Source: Chrysomallon squamiferum (Eukaryota > Animalia > Mollusca). Taken from it: DNA of 64,000 nt. This document shows, in pieces, positions 40,575 through 52,975 of this stretch. The position numbers were made by a program, and so were the translations under genes. The notes beneath the pieces were generated by a model, which did not search any database, had not been told where the DNA came from, and was given only the letters and a program-made list of their open reading frames with translations. The DNA lies in assembly GCA_012295275.1 (NCBI GenBank), contig CM022677.1, positions 5,332,001 to 5,396,000 on the forward strand, read 5' to 3'. Position 1 is the stretch's first letter, and each line of letters begins with the position of its first letter.

Positions 40575-41760
40575 TGACGTCAGTTATACGCTGTGAATAC
40601 AATGTTCTCATTCCTACACAAAATAGCTGGAAGTTTCGTAAACAAACTTTTGTAAAGGGAGCTCGCATTCTTAAAATTTTTTAAAACTGAAAGTCGTAAT
40701 TTAATAAGGTAAGTTTCGTCACCATGCAAGTAATATGGGTTCCTTGTTGCCCTATTCTTGTAGTTATTTTCACAATAATTTTGGAGAATCCAACGCAGAA
40801 AGAGCGTCCAAATATTTTGAGCTACAGTATATATCTCTGTATTGTCTAATGTCATCTATCTGCCTACAGTAGATGTTAATAACAAGTGTAAAACATAACA
40901 ACAAAATCATTAAAATATATCATCAGAAATAATATCGAAAACAAATTCACAATTCGAAATCCATAAAGTTAAATCATTTCAAATAAACTTACTAAAAGTT
41001 ATTTCACCAGTATTAACTGCACTTACTTTCCGAACGATTTTTAATGTGTTACTGATATTTTATACATCCAGTAATATTTAATAATTTTAACTATCATCTT
41101 TTAATTTAGTTGTGCGACTCGGCGAGAGAGTTATTTAGCTTTCACTGTGATACTGTTACTAATTAAGTTAGCATCAGTTTTTCTTTTAAACACTTGACAT
41201 TCTAGTTTGTACTCATTAAAAGAAAAACCATTATAAGAAATATTAAATTATTATCCTTTCAGAATGGTCCTCTTGGATAGGAATATCTGATAGCCCATGA
41301 CATATGTTTCTTGCACAGATCTGAATTGTCAGGGTGTGTTCTAGGAGGTGTCCACACAACCACAGAAGCCTGTACTGGAGGATCAAGTAACAGAGGTGAT
41401 TATTTTAATTTATATAGCAGGAAGAAAATTAGAATGATCAAGAATTACTTTCTCTGTCTGCTTTCACCAAAATTATAAATCTAGTCGTATGAATAAAGTG
41501 CTTCTTAAATAGAAAAGCTTATTTTTATAATTAGGTGAATTGATGTACTTCACCAGACCAGTTGATTTAATATTTTGTTAAGTTCCTGTAAAGTGTATTT
41601 TTACAATGTAAATATACTGTCCTAGTTATCAGTATTTTTATTTAATTCCTTTACACATCTTTCCTTTCTTAACTTTTGTTGCTTTTTGTTTCAGCCTGAA
41701 GAACATCTCACGAGACTGATGAACATGCTGATGTTGACCTATTTACAACTACTTGAATAT
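40575..41760 (+). other. Candidate spliced transcript in the palindrome spacer (exons ~40582-40708, 41263-41395, 41695-41760)
   Basis: Perfect CRE TGACGTCA at 40575 overlapping Inr TCAGTT. AAG|GTAAGT donor at 40709. Two GC-richer segments follow pyrimidine-tract TTTCAG acceptors and end at GT. No long ORF. Confidence 0.4.
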
Positions 41761-44700
41761 GTAAAATGTTTGTCTTTTGGTCATTCTTTTTAATTTTAGT
41801 TTTAGTATGAAATTAGTGAAATAAAACTGGGATACATACATACTGAAGTCATATTTGGATATTATTCTTACTTTAAAATGGTTGCTGTTCCAGTGTTTCT
41901 TTAATGTGGTAATATAGCATGTACTTGGGAGAGAAAAATACTGATTCTCTTATTCTTACCAAATGTACAGATTTAATTAATATTTGAGAAACAAAATGAA
42001 AGTTGACAAAAACTAACATTTATTTTATTTTATAAGATGATTACAATATTTAGAATAAATTTACTATTAATGGAAAGGCATACGCCCTTTGTGACAAAAT
42101 AATAAATTACCTTTCTCAAGAAAGAAGAAAATGAGAAATATTTCTTTAATGAATTTCTGCTTACCGCTTAGTCTACCTTAGCTAATATAGATCTTGAATA
42201 AACTAGCCATTTTTGATACTTACAAATTTTTACCTATGTAAACCTAATAAAAACCAGAATATTTCCATACTGAAAACTGGATTTTCTTTCTTTCTTTTCT
42301 TTTTGTTTCATTTAAATTTTTATTATTTAATAACAATTAAATTATCTCATTTTTAAAACTAATTCGAATCATTAGCCTTTCTTAACATAAATATTTAATA
42401 ATATAAAAGTAAAATTTACTTTGACTTTCACTTTTCTCTCTTCAAGATATCCTCTAAAAACAAAATGTTATTTCTCAGTATCTAAATTATTCGAGTAGAA
42501 TAAACGCTAAGTACAACTCTACAGTTACTGCTGATAAAAAGGGTACAATTCACAGTTTTAAATGTGACGTTTTATTTTTTCTTGTATAATGTCTAATATA
42601 GTCAATACAAAAATGATATTAATCCATAAGCGTGCGCTATAATTCTGATTATCTATCAAACAAAATATTGATCTAGCTCATTCTGCACTAGTAAATGTAA
42701 ATAATGTGGTCAAATTATAAAATGCCATATGTTTAATCTATCCTCTTCTCACCTACAATCCTAGTTTGTTAATTAAAAAAATAATAATCCAGAAGCCTAT
42801 TTAATATTTTCAATATAAACTTCTGACCTACATAGTAAGTTATAACAAAAGATGTTATTATACGATGTAAATGTTTATTTATTCATTTATTTGTTTATTT
42901 ACTACTACTACTACTACTACTGTTATTATTATTATTATTCACTGTGCTTCTCAAATAATTGTCTCGCTCATTCTCTCCTTTTTATTTTCTATAAACAAAT
43001 ATATATATATATATAAAAAAAAATACTACATCATGTTGTTTCTCAGTAAAGTGGATTGAAATGGGATATCTCCCGTGTACTTGTCTGTGTGAAGCTATAG
43101 CTACGTCACATAATATACTGACATCCAGACCAGTAGTGATGATATTAACTTTTAAAGTCTTATGGATATTGAGAAGTAAAGAAATCGATTCTTATTATTA
43201 AAAATAAAGTAAAACACAAACTAATTATCTTAGTTATAAATAAATAAATAAATAAATAAATAAAGATCCTTCAGTATTTTCAGAATACACAGAATCTCTG
43301 CCAGTGAGATAAAATATCATCGCTGCTTTATTATCAATATTTTCTGCAGTGTTTATAACAAAATTACTAAAGTTATAATTACAGCTATACCTCACTTATC
43401 TGTTCAGTCTGAGAGGTAGATAGGTAGATAGACAGACAGATATATAGACAGTCAGACAGACAGTCAGACAGACAGACATATAGATAAATACATGGATAGA
43501 CAGACCGACAGAGAGATTAAAATGACCAATAAAAGAAAATATGGTAAAAGCGAGGTTAATATGATATTATATTATAACGCATATACAAACATTTTCTTAC
43601 AAGTTCATTTGCCTATGAAATGTAAAATGTCTATCTATCTCTATATCCATCCCTAGCTATCTTCAGTGTATCTATCTATCTATTATTTAACTACATACAT
43701 ATCAACTTATGTATAACTGTCATCTAAGGCAAACACGTGTAACCAGATTCTTTCTTTTCTATGTGTGTGTGTGTATAATCTATCTATCTATTGATAATTG
43801 TTTCTTTTGTTGTCAGTAATATCTGAAATAACGAAATTAACGATAAAAATAACAACAATAATACTAATTAAAATGATAAATAAAATAATAATTAAGAAAG
43901 AATACTGAAACAAGAGAAAAAGAAAAGAGTAAGAAATAAAATAAAATTATTTCAGGCATATATTTATTATAAAGAAACAGTTATCTTAAATAGAAATAAA
44001 AAATAATATATAGCTTTAAATAAAATCATTTTAGCGAATTCAGTAAATTGAATGAATGATCTATATTCAGCAGACTTATGATGTCTCTATAAATCTTTCG
44101 TCGCTTCATTTATTGAAAAGAATATGTATTTCTATGTCATTTCTTTTTGTTATTTTGTTCTTTTTTAATATTTTACTTGACTCTCAGTCTTTTTTGTATA
44201 TTTTCCAACGTGTTAAATAGAGTTATTTCCCGTAGACCACACACTTTAATTGTGTATAATGTTTTGTAACAGACAGCACCAGCTTAGTAACATTCCTTAC
44301 GTTTTCTTTGTCTTTTGAATAACCAGTTTCCTTTAGTTTTGGTTTATTTAATGTGTTATTATTATTTATTGAATTATTGTAAAATGCTTATTTTATTTAA
44401 TGTTTTTATTCAAGTTAATTTATTTCTTTTCGATTTGTCTCTTTAAAAACATCGAATTTATTTACAAAGTATTTGTATATCAAATTTTTGGTATATTTAC
44501 GTATATACAATACACCATATTTAGGAGAATATTTGAAAGCTATTTAATAATACTTCACCGATTTATTGGGTACAAACTACACCTGAATCTTCTTTAATGT
44601 TGGGGAACATTACCAACTGGAGAAGTTAATACAGTAATCTTATAACAAATTATAATTTCAATTTATTATAATCCAGTTTGAAACGTTTGATAAGTATGAT

Positions 44701-44819
44701 TAAGTTGAAAAAATAAGAAAGGTGCAAGAGATCATGGTTTGGTTATATATTACCTTTATCTAATTTACAAATCATAAAAAGTTAAGAAAATAGACGTACA
44801 ATAGTTGAAATTGGAAGTT

Positions 44820-44995
44820 ACAAACCCGACCAGATGGTTTCCGAGGGATCACGGAAACTTCCGATCGAAATCCAAGATGGCAGCGTCGAACGCCGATCAG
44901 TGTTTACAAACTTTTAAACATCCATCAAGTCTATATGGATTATTAAAAGTAATTTGAGGAAATACATCGTATAACTAATGCCGTTTATACGTATA
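44820..44995 (+). promoter_or_regulatory. CpG-rich promoter / first-exon relic (copy 2)
   Basis: CAAGATGGCAGCG with ATG at 44877 and ACTTCCG nearby. A 1-nt deletion relative to copy 1 shifts the short frame. Confidence 0.45.
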
Positions 44996-47110
44996 TGCCT
45001 ATTATTAAGCAGTAATTGCTGCAAAGGTCGAAACCAATTTTTTATTTAATAATTATTTTCTTGGGGTGGAAAGACTTTGACGTCATACTATCTCGTATCC
45101 ATTTCGTACTAGATTTTTATTTTCCAGATACTATTTCGATGTCACCAGGCAGAAATAAATAAATAAGTAAATCAATAATAATAATAACGGTGGTGGATGA
45201 ATATTCTCATTAGGCACATAATGTGAACACTTACTCTGCTAAAACTCCATAGCGGACAGTGCTGAGTACGTACTTGTAAAACAATACTTGAAACCATTAT
45301 AATTATTTATTTTAATATTATTTTCATTTTCAATACATTACAGGTGGTATTTACGTGAAAAAAAAGGAAACTGATCGCATATTATACAGAAAGAAAGAGG
45401 GAGATATTGATAGACTGGTAGACAAATCAGTAGAAGTTAAATGAATTGATAGATGTAGATGAATTTAGGTAGACAGGTGAACATGACAATGTCGAGTTAT
45501 CTATTCTGTGTTTTCTTCTTTCTGTCATGTCTGTTTGTAGGCCAGGCTGAGAGTGTAGACATACAGATGTATCCATAAATAATACAGGCATGCAGGCATA
45601 GTTAGTTATGTATGTAGGTAGTTTGACAGGGAATTAGATATATGGTTGATTGATCTGTTGTAATGTGGATAATAAACAAATAGGTATGCAGGACAGTAGT
45701 TCAGTAGGTTGATATGTAGATATATGTAGATAGTTATGTAGCAGAGAGACAGATAGGCAAGTATGGATGGTAATGTGGAAGACTGAATGTATATGCAGGT
45801 GTAGGTATGCATAAGTTGGATCAGAGAATAGTATATACATGTGTATGGGAAGGAAAATATGCTTGTGTTTTTTGAAGAGTGTGAATATACTGAGTATATA
45901 TGTGTGCAAACATACAGAAAAATAGGGAGATCTGTAGGTGGATACATAGGAGATGTAGACAAGGAGATGTTTAAATGACTGATATATCTTATTAATGGTT
46001 ATTGATTTAAATGGATGGACAAGATAAAAGTAAATTAGACAGATTATATAACTGTTAGGTAGATTGATTATGCGTGCGTTTGTGAGTGTGTGCCCATTAT
46101 AAGGATGGCTAAATATGGGAATTGTAAATGGACAGTATCACAGAAAGATAGATATAGAAAGTAGTTATAATTATTTAGGGAGATAGTCAGGAAGATGAAT
46201 AGGTGATTCATGGATGGTTATTGATGGAATGTAATGTAGATGGAAATATATATATATATATATATATATATATGGAGGATAGACAGAGAGATATATAGAT
46301 AGCTAAACAGATAGGCAGGCCAGTAGGTTCAATAGATAGACAGAAAGATAGATAGAAGGATAAGTGTCAAGCAAGATAGGTAATATATTAGTAAAGTGGA
46401 TGGCAGTAGATTTGAGGATGTATATGTGCAAGAAAATGTTTATGTTAGAAATAGACTTAAGAGAGAGGATATATTTGATAGATAAACACACACAGACACA
46501 CACACAGACACACACACAGACAAACAGAGGAGAGGATCTGTGTTTGGATTGAGTTAGTGATGAACTGATAGATTATAAGTAGCTATACAAGATAAATACT
46601 GATATATTATACAGACAGATATAGAAAAATAAATACAGGTAGGTCATTCAGATAAATATACAGAGGTAAATACAGATAGATTATAGGTAGATATCCAGAG
46701 ATAAATACAGATAGATTGTACAGACAGATATAGAGAAATAAATACAGGTAGGTAGGTCATTTAGATAAATATACAGAGGTAAATACAGATAGATTATAGG
46801 TAGATATCCAGAGATAAATACAGATAGATTATAGAGACAGATATAAAGCAAGACAGCGATCTTTGAAGTAATATATAGTTAGATATTCAGGGAGCTGGAC
46901 ATATGTTTGACAGATTGTTATTAAGAAATAGGCATGTAAGCTAGAGAGATAATATAATAGGTATGTATGTTACTAGTTTGGTAGATTGATATTTAGACAG
47001 ACAGATAGATATATAGATAGATATGTGTGTTAAGGAATGGGTTTGTGTGTGTGTGTGTATAATATACAAACACACATGCATGCATATATATATATATATA
47101 TATATAATCT

Positions 47111-47152
<42 letters not shown>

Positions 47153-47742
47153 TAGTTGATTGTATAATGTGTATAAAAGGGTGGACAGATGGTAGATGAT
47201 AACAGACAGGTAAATTGATAGACAGAAGAAAGCTAGATAGATTACTAGAAAGATAGATAGATGAAAGGAGGCTTGAGTTTATACCTACACAACTGTAGGA
47301 AAGACTGAGTCTGTTGCTTATGTATATGGGATAAATACATAGATAAATAAATATATTTATAGATGATAAATAGATAGAAAGAGTGTATTTAAACAATTAA
47401 ATAGGATGTAAATAGGGAGTTTGTATATGTACGTTTGTGTGTGTGTGTTTGTATGTGTGCACGAAAGACTGTGCTATGTTTAACTAAGAAAGTGAGATAG
47501 ATTGATATAGAGATAGTTTGAGATATTGATCACTTGAGAGATATATTGATAGGTTAGGTATACAATAATTAGGTACATATATAGACAGATATACACAGAT
47601 AACATAGATACATTGATGTGTATCTGTATGTTTTACAGAGAACGGGTATATAAATGTGTATAAAAAAAAAGTGTACGTGCTTAAGAATAAGTTATGACAC
47701 ATAAATATTTCCCTCTGGCTTTCTTACTCTCTCTGTCACTCT

Positions 47743-47791
<49 letters not shown>

Positions 47792-47797
47792 TAGAGA

Positions 47798-47893
<96 letters not shown>

Positions 47894-48851
47894 AAGCGGT
47901 GAGCAGGTGCGACCAACAAACAGACAGATAGATAGACAAATAGCCAGAGAAATTGATGATGAAATGAAACAAATATATAGACAGACAGATAGATAGATAG
48001 ACACATGCAGGTAGGTAAGGATGGATGGAGTGTTAGATGGGGGGATGGATGAAAGTTTTGGTGCAAAGAAGAATTGGGAAACTAATAAATGGATAAAAGG
48101 ATGGAATGGTGGACAGAAAGGTTTTCAATTATACAAGCAATTACTTTTCAGACATTATCAATTGTTAACAAATAAGGTCCTCATTGTAGGCTCATGGATT
48201 GAGTGATATATCAATGGCATTTGGCGTAATATATAAACTGTGGAATATAAATGAGGAATATATGGAGTTAGGAGGGAGGCATGACTGGAGGTACCAATAA
48301 ATTGTTAATGTGAGACTAGAGATTTCTGGTATTGTTTATGAAGAGAACATTAATCTGGAAATCTACACTGAAAACATAGTCATTCATCTATTGATAAGAA
48401 GTAAATATGATAAGATTAAAAGATGTCTGTAACAGTTTGTGTTAAAGAGCACATTAATTACAGAACCTGTCATACTTAATTATCAATTAATATCTGGTAA
48501 AATGAAATAATCCATCTAATTAGAGTAATCTGGGGAGTGACACAGAGAGTAAGAAAGCCAGAGTGAAATATTTATATGTCATAACTTATTCTTAAGTACA
48601 TACACTTCTGTCTGTACTCTGTTGGTCTGTCTGTCTGTCTGTATATAGAAAGGGCTTTCAAAGCAATAGCACTGTATTCAAAATTAGAAAAAATAGCAAT
48701 ACCCTATGTAGGTAAATCTATTTATCATAATCTAACAATCTGTCTATCTCTCTAACCAATTAAATGTTATTATATTAATGTACTAATTAGCCATTCCCTT
48801 TGGAAATGTTGCCACCCCTACACCACGGTGAGGTTCAGTACACGTAGGGGA

Positions 48852-49155
48852 TGTTAGTAATGGTTAGTATTTGTTAAATGTTAGTATTTGGTTAATGGTT
48901 AGTATTTTGTTAATAGTTACTATTTGTTAAATGTTAGTATTTGCTTAATGGTTAGTATTTGTTAAAAATTAGTATTTGGTTAATGGTTAGTATTTTGTTA
49001 ATGGTTAGTATTTGTTAAATGTTAGTATTTGTTAAATGTTAGTATTTGGTTAATGGTTAGTATTTGTTAAACATTAGTATTTGGTTAATGGTTACTATTT
49101 TGTTAATGGTTAGTATTTGTTAAATTTTAGTATTTGGTTAATGGTTAGAATTTGT
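48852..49155. repeat. ~17-19-bp minisatellite GGTTAGTATTTGTTAAAT
   Basis: About 16 tandem degenerate units, with stray copies to ~49490. Confidence 0.9.
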
Positions 49156-49790
49156 TTTAATTATAAAATAATATGTGCGTATGTGAATGTGTGTGTGTGT
49201 TGATGTGTGTGTGTGTTTGTGTTTATACACGTATTCAGATAAGTATGTGGTAATTATTAGTAATTGTAACTAGTTGGTTAAGGTTAGTATTTGTTAAATG
49301 TTAATATGTTTGTGTGTGTGAGTGTATATATGTTTGTATATATGTTAGTGTAGTTCTGTGTGTGTTCTGTCTGTATGGATATTCGTATGTGTCTGTATGG
49401 ATGTATGTGCGTGTCTCTATATAAAGTTTACTACCTGGTTAATGGTTAGTATTCATGTTAATTGTTAGTATTTTGGTTGTATGTTAGTACTTATTAATTA
49501 AAAAACAATACAAACCTGAGCCCACCTCTCAAGGGTTATAGAGCTGCATGGAGCATAACCAGCTTCATGTCAACATCATCAACACACTCTCCTATAGCAC
49601 TGATATGCTGGGGCAAAAGGGACAGAAAGTTATTATCACTGCAGATATTACCAACTTCAAATAAATATTTTACAAATAAATGTCTGTATCTATTACTGTT
49701 ACTATCATCATCATAAAATAAAAAATTGCAGAAGGATGCCAGCTGAAGTTAAAGCAATACACGTAGAGTAACGTTGTAAGGTTTCTAATA

Positions 49791-50684
49791 TTACACAAAT
49801 CCTAGTAAACGACCTATCAGAAGACAAAATTCGATTAGAACAAATAAGATTTTCCACAACAGAGAAGTAAATGTACGACTAAAATACGTAAATATACGAC
49901 CGATATACGCAAATATACGTCTGATGAGTCCAGCTGCAGAATGTCGTCTGACTCTTCTGACTCTGAGAGGTGGCAATGTGTACATCTCGCAGTTTCCATC
50001 TCTTAAGTTGTACACGATGGCGGTGAATCTTGCAGAGCAAACTGGACAATTTCTTCTGCTTCTAGACCACCTCTCCAAACAGCTGAAACAAAATTCATGT
50101 AAACACGAGTCTGCATGACACTTATCTAAAAATTCTTCTGAACACAAAGAACAAGTAGGTGACTTATCTGATTCAGGCTGTTGTGTTGATTCAGCAGTGC
50201 TGGGTGATGGTGATGTTGACATCCTTGGTCTTTCTCCACATGCTGCTTTTACAGGGTCACGTTCGAAAATCTTTCGCCCTTTTGGAGTCTTCTCTGGACA
50301 CCCATAATCCTGTGCTTTCCGTTTCCGTGATGTTGATGTCCCTGGTCCTCTACGTGATGTTTCTCCAGGGTCACGTTCGGAAATCTTTCGCCCTTTTGGA
50401 AGCTTCTTCGGGCACCCATTATCCTGTGCTTTCCGTTTCCGTGATGTTGATGTCCCTGGTCCTCTACGTGATGTTTCTCCAGGGTCACGTTCGGAAATCT
50501 TTCGCCCTTTTGGAAGCTTCTTCGGGCACCCATCATCCTGTGCTTTCCGTTTCCTAGATGTTGTTGTCCCTGGTCCTCTACGTGATGTTTCTCCACGTTC
50601 GGAAATCTTTCGCCCTTTTGGAGGCTTTTCAGGGCACTCATCATCCTGTGCTTTCCTTTTCTTGGACGCTCTTACTTTTCCCAT
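49791..50684 (-). CDS. 297-aa protein: basic 36/38-aa tandem repeats, TOPORS/ICP0-type C3HC4 RING, hydrophobic C-terminal tail (putative E3 ligase)
   Basis: Uninterrupted ORF from ATG 50684 (GAAATGG context, acceptor TTGCAG 13 nt upstream). RING CSLC..CLHEFCFSCLERWSRSRRNCPVC followed by FTAIVYNLR resembles TOPORS CLHKFCFRCVQEWSKNKAECPLCKQPFDSIFHSVR. Confidence 0.88.
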   Translation of the reverse strand: MGKVRASKKRKAQDDECPEKPPKGRKISERGETSRRGPGTTTSRKRKAQDDGCPKKLPKGRKISERDPGETSRRGPGTSTSRKRKAQDNGCPKKLPKGRKISERDPGETSRRGPGTSTSRKRKAQDYGCPEKTPKGRKIFERDPVKAACGERPRMSTSPSPSTAESTQQPESDKSPTCSLCSEEFLDKCHADSCLHEFCFSCLERWSRSRRNCPVCSARFTAIVYNLRDGNCEMYTLPPLRVRRVRRHSAAGLIRRIFAYIGRIFTYFSRTFTSLLWKILFVLIEFCLLIGRLLGFV

Positions 50685-51979
50685 TTCGTATTGACAACTG
50701 CAATAACATTGTAGGAGAAAACAAAATTTTATATAATCCAAAAATATCTATTAATTTTATTTCTGTTGTTAGAATTATTTCTATTTTTATTTCATTTTTT
50801 AATGGCAGTACATTTTTTTTTCACTTATACGTTTTATCTGTTTGTTTTACTAACGTTAATCTTTGCACAAGGATTTTACAACCAGGGCTAATAGCTTTGC
50901 ATGAATTTATTACATAATGTCAGTTTCGCGTCTAAAATGATAGGTGTACAGGGTTTAAATTGTATGTGGATGGTGATTTTAAAAATACATTCAAAATAAA
51001 TTAAAATCTATTGTCAAACACACACACACACATGCACACACACATATTTAAGGTTTATATGTGATGTGATTTCATAACATGAAATTTATTATTTTATTTA
51101 TTTATTTTTATTTTATTTTCTTTATTTTTTTGCTGTTTTATTGTGTCATAGCTTTTAAAACTTATATTTTTATTTCAGTTATTGTTATTATCAGTGTTAC
51201 TTTTTCTTTATCTATATTATTGTTCTTGTTGCTTTTTGTCGTTGGAGGAGTTGTTAGGTACTGAAAAGTGATTTTCAGTTTAGGAAATACAAGGTTGACT
51301 AAAGTTATAGCTTTTTATCCTGACTTCAGAAACAAAATATTTAAAATTGTCAGTCAAATTGTTCCAAAGTTTTTGTTTTTTTAATATTGCCATTTTGAAG
51401 AAATCTTTTTATAGGCTTGTTTCATAATATGTCATACTGTGTGTTCCAAACTCTGCTAAGAATATTTACATTTAAAGTTGGCAAAATCATTCATTTGATA
51501 TATATATATATATATATATCTTTCAAAATTCATAATTTCATAAATATAATTATGGTTTTTTTGTTGTTGTTGTTGATGATTTTTTGTTTTTTTTAAATTA
51601 ATAACCGATTCACACTTTCAGAAACATAATCAAAGATACTTCTGATATTTGTGATTATTTTTGTAACATTCGTGAAATAAACATAACGATAAAGATACAA
51701 GCATCAGTAGAAATAAGTTTAAATAGTTGGTCAGACCAAAAAATAGAGCGCTTTGGAATACCTACAGAGAGACAGGCTGACAGGGAGATATTATTTAGAT
51801 CGATATATAGACAGATTTGCAATTGATAACCGTGTGTATGTTTGTAAGGGAATATTGGTACGTTGGTATTTAGAGTGGATAGACAGATAAATATAAAATA
51901 AAAATAATCAGACAGGTAGGCAGGCAGATGTGACTGATCCGACAAATCTGATAAGCAGTGCTTATAGTCATGTTGAGAG

Positions 51980-52031
<52 letters not shown>

Positions 52032-52540
52032 TATTAGATTAAGAGATCATACAATCAGATACATAGAGAAATGCAAAAATCTATTTTAATAATCAGCTTA
52101 TTTTGTAATTTGTCTTTTTTCCTCTTTTTCCTTTATTTTATTGTTTGTTTGTCAGTTTATTTTGTTTCATTTAAACACATATTTATTTTTTAAATAATAT
52201 TATTATTATAGTTTTTCATTTTTTTTTTTTTTTTCATGATGGAATTTCCTAATTGCGGTTTAAAATAATGTCTTCAGAATTATTTGATTTCTTCTGCATC
52301 AGTAAAGAAAATCTTTACCAAAATGGTCTCGCCCAGTAAATATGTTTGTATTGTCCGGCAGTACTCGGCAAATTTCGCGAGTCTCCGTTATTTAGCGTAC
52401 TTTTCAGTTAGTTTGTATATAAACTTCCGGAAATAAACTCACCACAGCTATTGACATATAACAGATGCTCAGATTAAAATAATGCTATCACTACTACTAC
52501 TGCTTCTGCTGCGACTACTACTACTACTACTACTACTACT

Positions 52541-52603
<63 letters not shown>

Positions 52604-52855
52604 AAGAAGAAGAAGAAGAAGAATGAATAAATAATAAATATAACATTAAAATAATAAGAAAGTTTTATACGATTTTATTCGAATTCAGTTTGGAATTGCT
52701 CTTCTTTAAGCACAATAATTATTTATAACGATAATATTTTATTAATACTAATTAAATATCCAGTTAACTACTATTATTGATTATAAACAATTATAAAAAT
52801 TAAATTGCTAACAATAAATTTATTTTAAAAAATAAATAAATTTAAAAAAAATGTG

Positions 52856-52975
52856 ACCTACTGAAATTGGAATTCAAATGTCAACTGACGTAAAACCGTT
52901 AAATGTTTTTATTTATACCCGAAATTAAATCCGCTGACGTAGATTTAAATAGACTGCGCATGTGCATGGGAGATA
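52856..52975 (-). promoter_or_regulatory. Core promoter and first exon (~52862-52886) of the intact RING gene
   Basis: Minus-strand TATAAATA starting at 52917, Inr TCAGTT with the A at 52886, two ACGTCA sites, GCACATGCGCA, and GTAGGT donor at 52861. Confidence 0.7.

Noticed and set aside
50685-50741. 19-aa N-terminal extension of the RING ORF
   Set aside because: It spans a polypyrimidine tract and AG acceptor, so it is most likely intron. ATG 50684 is preferred.
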